DNA of 64,000 bases from Pristiophorus japonicus (lineage: Eukaryota), in contig NC_091984.1 of NCBI RefSeq assembly GCF_044704955.1, forward strand, positions 144,088,001 to 144,152,000, in the 5' to 3' direction. Position 1 is the stretch's first letter. The number at the start of each line of letters is the position of its first letter. Under the pieces are notes generated by a model. The model did no database searches and was not told the DNA's origin. It saw nothing but the letters and a program-made list of their open reading frames with translations. The translations under genes were made by a program, and so were the position numbers. This document shows positions 20,529 to 31,691 of the stretch, piece after piece.

Positions 20529-23500
20529 ATCAGCAGCAGTCGGGAGCAGCGTCGGAGGTGCGTGGAGAGGCCTATAAAAGGCACAGCAGGGAGTCCGGGG
20601 CCCAGCCTCGGGAGCAGTGTCGAGGAGGTCCATTGGTGAGGCCTATAAAAGGCAGAGCAGGGAGTCCGGGGCCCAGCCTCGGGAGCAGCGTCGAGGAGGT
20701 CCATTAGTGAGGCCTATAAAAGGCACAGCAGGGAGTCCGGGGCCCAGCCTCGGGAGCAGTGTCGAGGAGGTCCGTTGGTGAGGCCTATAAAAGGCACAGC
20801 AGGGAGTCCGGGGCCCAGCGTCGGGAGCAGTGTCGAGGAGGTCCGTTGGTGAGGCCTATAAAAGGCACAGCAGGGAGTCTGGGGCCCAGCCTCGGGAGCA
20901 GTGTCGAGGAGGTCCGTTGGTGAGGCCTATAAAAGGCACAGCAGGGAGTCCGGGGCCCAGCCTCGGGAGCAGTGTCGAGGAGGTCCGTTGGTGAGGCCTA
21001 TAAAAGGCACAGCAGGGAGTCTGGGGCCCAGCCTCGGGAGCAGTGTCGAGGAGGTCCGTTGGTGAGGCAAAAAAGAAGTAGAAAGAAACAGAAGGGTGAC
21101 GTCACAGCCAAGGGGGTAAGTGATTGGCTGGTGATTGGCGAGTACTTTTTATTTTTTCTCTTCTATAACAGTGAGTAACTTTAGCATTGTTGTTGCCTAT
21201 CTCAGGGTTAAGTCATGGCAGGACAGTTCGGTCACGTGTTATGCTCCTCCTGTACCATGTGGGAACTCAGGGACGACTCCAGTGTCCCTGACGACTACAT
21301 GTGCGGGAAGTGTATCCGCCTCCAGCTCCTGACGGACCGCGTTGCGGAGTTGGAGCAGAGGGTGGATTCACTCTGGAGCATCCACGATGCTGAGAATGAC
21401 GTGAGTAGCACATGTAGCGAGTTGGTTGTACCGCAGGTAAAGGGTCCACAGCCAGCTTGGGAATGGAAGACCAGCAGGAAGAGCAGAGCAAGGAAGGTAG
21501 TGCAGGGGTCTCCTGTGGTCATCCCCCTGCAAAACAGATACACTGCTTTGAGTACTGTTGAGGGGGATGACTCATCAGGGGAGGGCAGCAGCAGCCAAGT
21601 TCATGGCACCGTGGCTGGCTCTGTTGCACAGGAGGGCAGGAAAAAGAGTGGGAGAGCGATAGTGATAGGGGATTCAATTGTCAGGGGAATAGATAGGTGT
21701 TTCTGCGGCTGCAACCAAGACTCCAGGATGGTACGTTGCCTCCCTGGTGCAAGGGTCAAGGATGTCTCGGAGCGGGTGCAGGACATTTTAAAAAGGGAGG
21801 AAGAACAGCCAGTTGTCGTGGTGCACATTGGTACCAACGACATCGGTAAAAAAAATGGATTAGGACCTACGAAACGAATTTAAGGAGCTACGAGCTAAAT
21901 TAAAAAGTAGGACCTCAAAAGTAGTAATCTTGGGATTGCTACCAGTGCCACGTGCTAGTCAGAGTAGGAATCGCAGGATAGCGCAGATGAATACGTGGCT
22001 TGAGCAGTGGTGCAGCAGGGAGGGATTCAAATTCCTGGGGCATTGGAACCGGTTCTGGGGCAGGTGGGACCAGTACAAACCGGACGGTCTGCATCTGGGC
22101 AGGACCGGAACCAATGTCCTAGGGGGAGTGTTTGCTCGTGCTGTTGGGAAGGAGTTAAACTAATGTAGCAGGGGGATGGGAACCAATGCAGGGATACAGA
22201 GGGAAACAAAAAGGAGACAAAAGCAAAAGACAGAAAGGAGATGAGGAAAATTGGAGGGCAGAGAAACTCAAGGCAAAGAACAAAAAGGGTCACTGTACAG
22301 CAAAATTCTAAAAGGACAAAGGGTGTTAAAAAAACAAGCCTGAAGGATTTGTGTCTTAATGCAAGGAGTATCCATAATAAGGTGGATGAATTAACTGTGC
22401 AAATAGATGTTAACAAATATGATGTGATTGGGATTACAGTGACGTGGCTCCAGGATGATCAGGGCTGGGAACTCAACATCCAGGGGTATTCAACATTCAG
22501 GAAGGATAGAATAAAAAGAAAAGGAGGTGGGGTAGCATTGCTGGTTAAAGAGGAAATTAATGCAATCGTTAGGAAGGACATTAGCTTGGATGATGTGGAA
22601 TCTATATGGGTAGAGCTGCAGAACACCAAAGGGCAAAAAACGTTAGTGGGAGTTGTGTACAGACCTCCAAACAGTATAGTGATGTTGGGGAGGGCATCAA
22701 ACAGGAAATTAGAGGTGCATGCAATAAAGGTGCAGCAGTTATAATGGGTGACTTTAATATGCACAGAGATTGGGCGAACCAAACTGGAAGCAATACGGTG
22801 GAGGAGGATTTCCTGACGTGCATAAGGGATGGTTTTCGAGACCAATATGTCAAGGAACCAACGAGGGGGGAGGCCATCTTAGACTGGGTGTTGTGTAATG
22901 AGAGAGGAATAATTAGCAATCTCGTTGTGCGAGGCCCCTTGGGGAAGAGTGACCATAATATGGTGGAATTCTGCATTAGGATGGAGAATGAAACAGTTAA
23001 TTCAGAGACCATGGTCCAGAACTTAAAGAAGGGTAACTTTGAAGGTATGAGGCGTGATTAGGCCAGGATAGATTGGCGAATGATACTTAAGGGGTTGACT
23101 GTGGATGGGCAATGGCAGACATTTAGAGACCGCATTGATGAACTACAACAATTGTACATTCCTGTCTGGCGTAAAAATAAAAAAGGGAAGGTGGCTCAAT
23201 CGTGGCTATCAAGGGAAATCAGGGATAATATTAAAGCCAAGGAAGTGGCATACAAATTGGCCAGAAATAGCAGTGAACCCGGGGACTGGGAGAAATTTAG
23301 AACTCAGCAGAGGAGGACAAAGGGTTTGATTAGGGCAGGGAAAATGGAGTACGAGAAGAAGCTTGCAGGGAACATTAAGACGGATTGCAAAAGTTTTTAT
23401 AGATATGTAAAGAGAAAAAGGTTAGTAAAGACAAACGTAGGTCACCTGCAGTCAGAATCAGGGGAAGTCATAACGGGGAACAAAGAAATGGCGGACCAAT

Positions 23501-25199
23501 TGAACAAGTACTTTGGTTCACTATTCACTAAGGAGGATACAAACAACCTTCCGGATATAAAAGGGGTCAGAGGGTCTAGTAAGGAGGAGGAACTGAGGGA
23601 AATCCTTATTAGGCGGCAAATTGTGTTGGGGAAATTGATGGGATTGAAGGCCGATAAATTCCCAGGACCTGATGGACTACATCCCAGAGTACTTAAGGAG
23701 GTGGCCTTGGAAATAGCGGATGCATTGACAGTCATGTTCCAACATTCCATTGACTCTGGATCAGTTCCTATCGAGTGGAGGGTAGCCAATGTAACCCCAC
23801 TTTTTAAAAAAGGAGGGAGAGAGAAAACAGGGAATTATAGACCGGTCAGCCTGATATCGGTAGTGGGTAAAATGATGGAATCAATTCTTAAGGATGTCAT
23901 AGCAGTGCATTTGGAAAGAGGTGACGTGATAGGTCCAAGTCAGCATGGATTTGTGAAAGGGAAATCATGCTTGACAAATCTTCTGGAATTTTTTGAGGAT
24001 GTTTCCAGTAGAGTGGACAAGGGAGAACCAGTTGATGTGGTGTATTTGGACTTTCAGAAGGCTTTCGACAAGGTCCCACACAAGAGATTAATGTGCAAAG
24101 TTAAAGCACATGGGATTGGGGGTAGTGTGCTGGCATGGATTGAGAACTGATTGTCAGACAGGAAGCAAAGAATAGGTGTAAGTGTGTACTTTTCACAATG
24201 GCAGGCAGTGACTAGTGGGGTACCGCAAGGTTCTGTGCTGGGGCCCCAGCTGTTTACACTGTACATTAATGATTTAGACCAGGGGATTAAATGTAGTATC
24301 TCCAAATTTGCAGATGACACTAAGTTGGGTGGCAGTGTGAGCTGCGAGGAGGATGCTGTGAGGCTGCAGAGCGAGTTGGATAGGTTAGGTGAGTGGGCAA
24401 ATGCATGGCAGATGAAGTATAATGTGGATAAATGTGAGGTTATCCACTTTGGTGGGAAAAACAGAGAGACAGACTATTATCTGAATGGTGACAGATTAGG
24501 AAAAGGGGAGGTGCAACGAGACCTGGGTGTCATGGTACATCAGTCATTGAAGGTTGGCATGCAGGTACAGCAGGCGGTTAAGAAAGCAAATTACATGTTG
24601 GCCTTCATAGCGAGGGGATTTGAGTACAGGGGCAGGGAGTATTGTGTACAGTTTTGGTCTCCTAACCTGAGGAAGGACATTCTTGCTATTGAGGGAGTGC
24701 AGCGATGGTTCACCAGACTGATTCCCGGGATGGCGGGACTGACCTATCAAGAAAGACTGTATCAACCGGGCTTGTATTCACTGGAGTTCAGAAGAATGAG
24801 AGGGGACCTCATAGAAACGTTTAAAATTCTGATGGGTTTAGACAGGTTAGATGCAGGAAGAATGTTCCCAATGTTGGGGAAGTCCAGAACCAGGGGTCAC
24901 AGTCTAAGGATAAGGGATAAGCCATTTAGGACCGAGATGAGGAGAAACTTCTTCACCCAGAGAGTGGTGAACCTGTGGAATTCTCTACCTCAGAAAGTTG
25001 TTGAGGCCAATTCACTAAATATATTCAAAAAGAAGTTTAATGAAGTCCTTACTACTAGGGGGATCACGGGGTATGGCGACAAAGCAGGAATGGGGTACTG
25101 AAGTTACATGTTCAGCCATGAACACATTGAATGGCGGTGCAGGCTTGAAGGGCCGAATGGCCTACTCCTGCACTTATTGTCTATGTTTTCTATGTTTTC
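20529..25199 (+). mobile_element. Full-length CR1-clade LINE (5' monomer array, ORF1 zinc finger plus SGNH esterase, ORF2 APE-RT), inactivated
   Basis: ORF1 21215-22163 (CSSC..CGKC, IGDS, VVVHIGTND, DGLH). ORF2 from about 22241 to 25101 with a frameshift, stops at 23059 and 24148, and a deletion. Apparent TSD TAATC at 20524-20528 and 25200-25204. Confidence 0.93.
20540..21068 (+). repeat. 71-bp x7 TATA-containing monomers in the LINE 5' UTR
   Basis: CCTATAAAAG at 20571, 20642, 20713, 20784, 20855, 20926 and 20997. Confidence 0.95.
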
Positions 25200-26737
25200 T
25201 AATCCCCTTCCCACACACGGTGCAGAATCTCTATGATCACGGACTCTATGGGGGATAAATTCGATCGGCCCTGCAAACATGCGCGAGGATCACGATGCGG
25301 GATTAACCCACGCCCATAGCTCCCGATGCAGGCAGCAGGCCAAATTTGTGCTGCCTGCTAACCAACATGATTTTTGCGCGCACCCAGCACTAACTGTGCT
25401 GTTGAGTGGCTACAGGCCTCAGCGGCCGGGGCCCAAGGTTGTGTGAGGCTGGCACCAGTTAAAGCTGGCCTGCACCTCTTAATGGACAAGTAAAATGTGT
25501 CTGGAGCAGGTGCTGGAAGTGGCTGTGGACGACATTCTGACCTGGACCAAGACGTACTGATGACACAACAGGGGAGAGAGCCGGCTCCAAGATCCTCCAG
25601 CGCTGCACTGAAGGCCTTGGGGGAGGAGGTGCAGAGGGGGAGAGATGTTCTCTACCCACACGGGGCGAGGAGGCTCCACCAGACAAACGTTTCGAAGGCA
25701 GTGAGACCAGGACCCGAGGACTGGGATGTAGTGCCGCCAAATGTTCAATGACCTCACGAGAGTGGTCAAGGTCGGTGAATTCATCTTCAAATGCCGTGTC
25801 CCACCAACTGCTCCACTAGTCTCACACATTGCTCAATGTACCACACCCCCATCACCCACTACCAACAATCTCTAGCAATCAGGACTCATACACAAGGACA
25901 GAAGGTATAGGAGCAGGAGTGGGCCATACGGCCCCTCGAGCTGGTCCACCATTCAATAAGATCATGGTGGATTTGATCTTGGCCTCAATTCCACTTCGCC
26001 GCCTGTTCCCCATAACCCGTGACTCTCCTGTAGTTCAAGAATCTGTCTATCTCAGCCTTGAATATAGTCAATGACCCAGCCCCCACAGCTCTCTGGGGCA
26101 GAGAATTCCAAATATTCACGACCCGGAGAGAAGAAATTTCTCCTCATCTCCATCTTAAATGGGGTCCGCTTATTCTGAGACTATGCCTCCTAGTTCCAGA
26201 TTCCCTCACAAGGGGAAATATCCACACTCACAGCTTCACCTCACTCTCACACACTTAGATTCTGCTGCAAGCCTCACGCCCACATCTCACAGCTTGCACA
26301 CACGGCCAGCTATTCAACCGTGACAGGCGCATCACCCAAACACAGGGCACCACACTCACCGATACACTTCCCTCTCTTGCAGAGCAAGGTGGCCCAGAAC
26401 CCGAGGCAGCAGGAGCTCAGTGGCGGGGGGCAGGCGCGCCCAGATGTCCTTATCCCCGTGGAGCAGACGGTGCTCGCCATCATTGGCGTGCCCATCGCTG
26501 AGCTCGTGGCCAGTGGCGGGGCAGAACCACAGAAGATGATGATATGGCCGTACCTAATCCTCCTTCTCACATCCCACATCCCCCACAGCGCACAATCCCT
26601 TCTGATTTACAAGCTGCAGATGAGGGAAAGCATGCCCCTCTTACATCGACCCCCCCACCACCACCCTTCCCGCACTGCAACCCTCCCCTTGTACCTTTCT
26701 CCTTTCACATACCCAGGAACTGCCACTTGGCCAGGCA
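24003..26737 (+). repeat. Segmental duplication copy B
   Basis: Matches 1-2735. Here the Harbinger sequence continues uninterrupted (...GGCAGTGTTGG). Confidence 0.95.
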
Positions 26738-29360
26738 GTGTTGGAAGAGCAAGAGGTGGAAAAGACAGAAGACATGATGGTGAAGACACACCGTCCCTCC
26801 ATTTCACCCTTGCAGCCACCAGCTCAGATACTGACACTGCGTGTAATGTAGAGGGTAGTGTAGAGGCGGGATCGGCACGTGGTGAGATTCTGGGTACGAG
26901 GGGCAGGCAGCCAGGGCAGGGGGCAAGGATGGCGCAGGTTCCAGCTCGCCGGAGGGTGAGGTCACACACGGGTACTGGTGTAGAGGACTCAGATGAGGAT
27001 TTCGATGGGTGGGTTACAGAAGAAGGCTGATGGGTATGTACAATGAAATGCTTGCTGCATTAGGAACCCTGCCAGAAAGCCTGTGCTCAATGTCAAGGAG
27101 CACGGAGGAGTCGGGCACCAGCTTGGCACAGGGCTTTGCGCAGAGCTTGGAGCCCATCCTTTCCAGCACGGAATGGTGGCCCACTCCATTGGGGCCCTTG
27201 TGGACCCGGCCATGATGCAGCGTCTGATGGCCGATGTCTCGGCTTCCATTGCAGCACAAGCAGCAGCCACCCAACGCCATGCAAGCTCAGATTGCTGCCA
27301 TCATGGCTGCAGATTCCAGTGTTCAAAGGGGCTTGCAGGGTGTCACAGCAGTCCAGCAATCTGCCCCCCCGGGAATGATGCACCCCCTCCCCCCAGGGGA
27401 ATGGCAGTGGCTCCATGGTGCACAAACCTACTGTCCTCTCTCAGAATGACAACATTCCTACACCCACCACTGCCACTCCACCAGTGTCGATGCTGTTGCC
27501 TGTCAGCCAGCCAGCCCAGACTGCTGCCGCCAAGGCCGAGGTGATGCAGTCCACAGCCGGGCCTTCTAGGCCCAGAGCTGCTCGAGGTCGCCTTCCAAGG
27601 CCATCTCCAGTCTCCCCAACTGAAAGTCAGCAGCCTTCCAGCAGCCCTGCTGCATCCCTTGGGGTATCAGTGCATAGGAGCACTAGGACAGGCAAAGACA
27701 CACACAAGGCAGACACCAAGGGAATGCACCGGGGGATTAGTGGGCTTTTTGATGTAATATTGGATGCAGTGTCGCCCCCAACATCTGGCACCACTGCCCA
27801 CAGAAGTTTCATGCCCTCAGACCACTGGTCAAGGTCAGGGAGTGAATCTTCAAAAGCCGTCTCCTACCAACTGCACCACTAGCCTCGCACACTGCTCAAT
27901 GTCCGACCCCCTGCCCCCCACAATCGCTCACGTACCAACAATCTGTACCAAACACCAGGCATACCTCCCAGTCCCAGCCTCACCTCACCCCCTTGGAGAA
28001 GACGCTGCAGGCCATTCTTGGCAGGGGCATGGCTGAGCCCCTGGCCAGGGGCAGGGCAAAAAGGATACAAGATGCTTGTATCCTCATACGTTATCCTCCT
28101 TCTCACGTCCCACTTCCCCCCTCAGAATAAGAATCGCTTCTAATTTACAAGGTGTGCAAGGTGTAAGCAGGCAGCTCTTGCTTTCCCGCCTCCCCTCACC
28201 ACAACTCCACCCTTCCTCATTTCACACACCCAAATCCAGCCTGCCCAGCTCACGGGTGACCAAGCAGATGGAGAGGAGAGTGAAGAAGACACACTGTCAC
28301 TCGATTTCTCACTCCCAGCCAGCTGCTCCTCAAGGTCGACCAGCAAGGCCATCTGCAGTGTCCCCCACTGAAAGTCAGCAGCCTTCCAGCAGCCCTGCTG
28401 CAGCCCCTGGGGTAGCACTGCGTGACATCAGTACGATAGGCAAAGACACACACAAGACAGTGACGAATGGCGATCAGTTGATTTTTTGATGTATTATTGG
28501 ATGCAGATATGGATAAAGTTGGATTGGAAAGTTTGCTTTGTGGGGGCTTTTATTTCAGCATTGTGGCCAAGAGGACGATGTGATGGTCAGTAACAGAGGA
28601 AAGGTAAGCTGTGGGACTAATGTTGAAAGAGGATTGGGGTGGTGGTCACTGGGACCACAGGCGGATGATTCGATCCCGGATATCCCGGCCAGAAAGCGAC
28701 TGTCTGGGTTGCCTCCTTCCTTCCACTTCCTCCTCCTCCCTTTGCAAGCAGAAGTTGGAAATCTGAAATAAAGGCAGTAAATGCTGGAAATACTCAGCAG
28801 GTCAGGCAGCATCTTGAGCTGAAACGTTAACTCTGTCTCTCTCCATGGATGCTGCCTGACCTGCTGAGTATTTCCAGCATTCACGGTCTTTCCAGGGACC
28901 TTCCTTTACCACCTGAGGCCTTGCACGTGTCCAGCAGCACCCCTTGCATTCCCTGCACAATGAAAAAACATTGAACATTTATTGTACTAAGCCACTACTT
29001 CCATAAAATATATTGTTTAAAACAGACCAGAGCTTAAATGCAAACATACCTGAAAGATGTGTGGCTCGTTAAGAAGCACCAACTGCATCTGTGCAGGGCT
29101 GCTTCACGCCTGCTTTTCTGTGTGTGCTTAGGGCAGGGCCATATGGTGAGCGCAAACGCCCCAATTAACAGTCATGGCTCGAGCCAGGCATTGGTGTCAC
29201 CATCTGACAATCCACATTGTGAGGCGAGTGCTGCCAACGACAGCGGTAAGGCCCTTACCAAAATGGTGGATGACGTGTCCCGGGCCGCAAGCAAGGCGGC
29301 TGTGATTATTTGAACAAAACCCTCTTATTGGCTGGTGCTAGACCGGGGAAATTCTAGGCC
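25250..29360 (+). mobile_element. Degenerate Harbinger/PIF DNA transposon (Myb-like ORF on +, possible transposase remnants on -)
   Basis: Myb/SANT-like N-terminus at about 25560-25770; similarity to the 44-47.6 kb element; weak GG..AAATT-type termini. Confidence 0.65.
28780..28881. repeat. Perfect 34-bp inverted repeat (palindromic dispersed repeat, possibly Penelope-related)
   Basis: AATGCTGGAAATACTCAGCAGGTCAGGCAGCATC at 28780-28813 and its reverse complement at 28848-28881. A half copy lies at about 46708-46752. Confidence 0.85.
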
Positions 29361-29364
29361 AAAG

Positions 29365-30950
29365 AATCATAAGAACATAAGAAATAGGAGCAGGACTCGG
29401 CCATTTGGCCCCTCGAGCCTGCTCCGCCATTCAATAAGATCATGGCTGATCTGATCCTGGGCTCAGCACCACTTCCCTACCCGTTCCCCATAACCCTTTA
29501 CTGCATTATCGTTCAAAAATCTGTCTATCTCCACCTGAAATATATTCAATGACCAGCCTCCACAGCTCTCTGGGGCAGAGAACTGAACAGATTTACAACC
29601 CTCTGAGAGAAGAAATTCCTCCTCATCTCAATTCTCAATGGGCGACCCCTTATTCTTAAACTCTGCCCCCTAGTTCTAGATTTCCCAATGACTGGAAACA
29701 TCCTCACTGCATCTATCTTGTCGAGTCCCCTCAGACTCTTATATGTTCCAATAAGTTCATCTCTCATTCTTCTAAACTTCAAAGAGTATATGTGGAGCGG
29801 GCGGGGAAGTGGAGCTGACTCCATGATCAGATCAGCCATGACCTTATTGAATGGCAGAGGGGCCGTATGTCCTACTCCTGTTCCGATTTCTTATGTTCTA
29901 ATTAACCTGCTCAACCTTTCTTCATAAGTCAGCCCCTTCTTCTCAGGAATCAACCTCGTGAACCTTATCTGAATTGCCTCCAGTGCAAATATATCCCTCC
30001 TTACATAAGGAGACCAAAACTGTGCACAGTACTCTCGGTGTGGTCTCACCAATACCCTGTACAGATGTAGCAGGACTTCCCTGCTTTTATACTCCATCCC
30101 CCTTGCAATTAAGGCCAACATTTCATTTGCTTCCTGATTACTTGCTGTATCTGCATACTAACTTTTTGTGTTTCATACACAAGGACCCCCAGGTCCCTCT
30201 GTGTTACAGCATTTTGTAATCTCTCTCCATTTAAATAATAATTTGCTCTTTGATTTTTTACACTCGGTCCCTTCATATAAGTTATTACCATAGATTGTAA
30301 ATAGTTGAGGCCACAACACCGATCCCTGTGAAACCCAACTAGTTACCGTTTGCCAACCAGAAAATGACCCATTGATCCTGACTCTCTGTTTTCTGTGAGC
30401 TAGCCAATCCTCTATCCATGCTAATATATTAGCACCAACCCCATGTTCTCTTATCGTGTGCGGTAATCTTTTATGTGGCATCTTATTGAATCCCTTCTAG
30501 AAATCCAAATACACCACATCCACTTGTCCCCCCATATCCACCCTGTGCGTTACGTCCTCAAAGAACTCCAACAAATGTGTCAAACATGATTTCCCTTTCA
30601 TAAAAACATGCTGACTCTGCTTGATTGAATTATGCTTTTCCAAATGTCCTGTTACTGCTTCCTTAATAATGAACTCCAGCATTTTCCCAACGACAGATGT
30701 TAGGCTAACTGGTCTATAGTTTACTGCTTTCTGTCTCTCTTTTTTAAATAGGGGCGTTATATTTGCGGTTTTCCAATCTGCTGGGACCTCTCCAGAATTC
30801 TGGGAACTTTGGTAGATTGCAACCAATGCATCCACTATCTCTGCAGCCACTTCATTTAAGAGCCTAGGATGCAGGCCATCAGGTCCAGGGGACTTGTCCA
30901 CCTTTAGTTCCATTATTTTACCGAGTACTTTTTCTATAGTGATAGTGATT
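29365..30950 (-). mobile_element. 5'-truncated CR1 LINE with a small nested plus-strand CR1 tail (about 29785-29900)
   Basis: RT motifs on the minus strand; AAGAACATAAG tail. Confidence 0.9.
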
Positions 30951-31060
30951 GTTTTCTCAGCACAGAATCTCTCACACCCAGAATCTCAGAACAGACTCTT
31001 CTTCAAAAGGGTTCCTGTTTAAGGGTTCACGGGATTCGGGGGCGGGGAGAGGAGGCAGTA

Positions 31061-31691
31061 GGACATTGGCTGAAAGGTCTGATTCTGTGAGTAGGACTAT
31101 GTCAGGCTGGTGCTTGACTAGTCTGTGGGGCAGCTCTCCCACTTTTGACACAAGTCCCCAGATGTTGGTGAGGAGGACGTTGCAGGGTCAGCACTGAGCC
31201 TGGGTCCGCTGTCCTAGCCGGTCCGAGCTGCTGTTATTCTGCCTGATTGGACAGTTATTATTAGAGACTCAGACCACAGCAGAAATCCCCCGTGCAAAAA
31301 ATAACTGAAGAGATTGTCAGATCGGAAGAATGAAACTTCACCCACAGAGGAAGTGAAAGAGGGAGGTTGTCACAGCTGTACATTTGTTAATGACACGGGA
31401 GAAAACTGTGAACCGGGCTCACAGCCTAGAATCTTGCAGCACAGAAGGAGGCCATTCGGCCCATCGTGCCTGTGCTGGCTCTTTGAAAGAATTACCCAAT
31501 TAGTCCTACTCCCCCTCATTTTAAGAACATAAAAAATAGGAGCAGGAGTAGGCCACATGGCCCCTCGAGCCTGCTCTGCTATTTTATACGATCATGGCCC
31601 ATCCGATCATGGATTCAGCTCCACATCCCTGCTTGCAGTCCATAACCCCTTATTCCCTTGTCGGTTAAGAAACTGCCTATCTCTGTCTTAA
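31061..31691 (-). repeat. Inverted paralogue of 17362-17992 (CR1 3' end, enhancer-like island, APE fragment)
   Basis: Colinear reverse-complement match that includes the element junctions. EICE 31349-31358, E-box 31373, RUNX, MEF2-like and kB-like sites are all retained. Confidence 0.92.
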
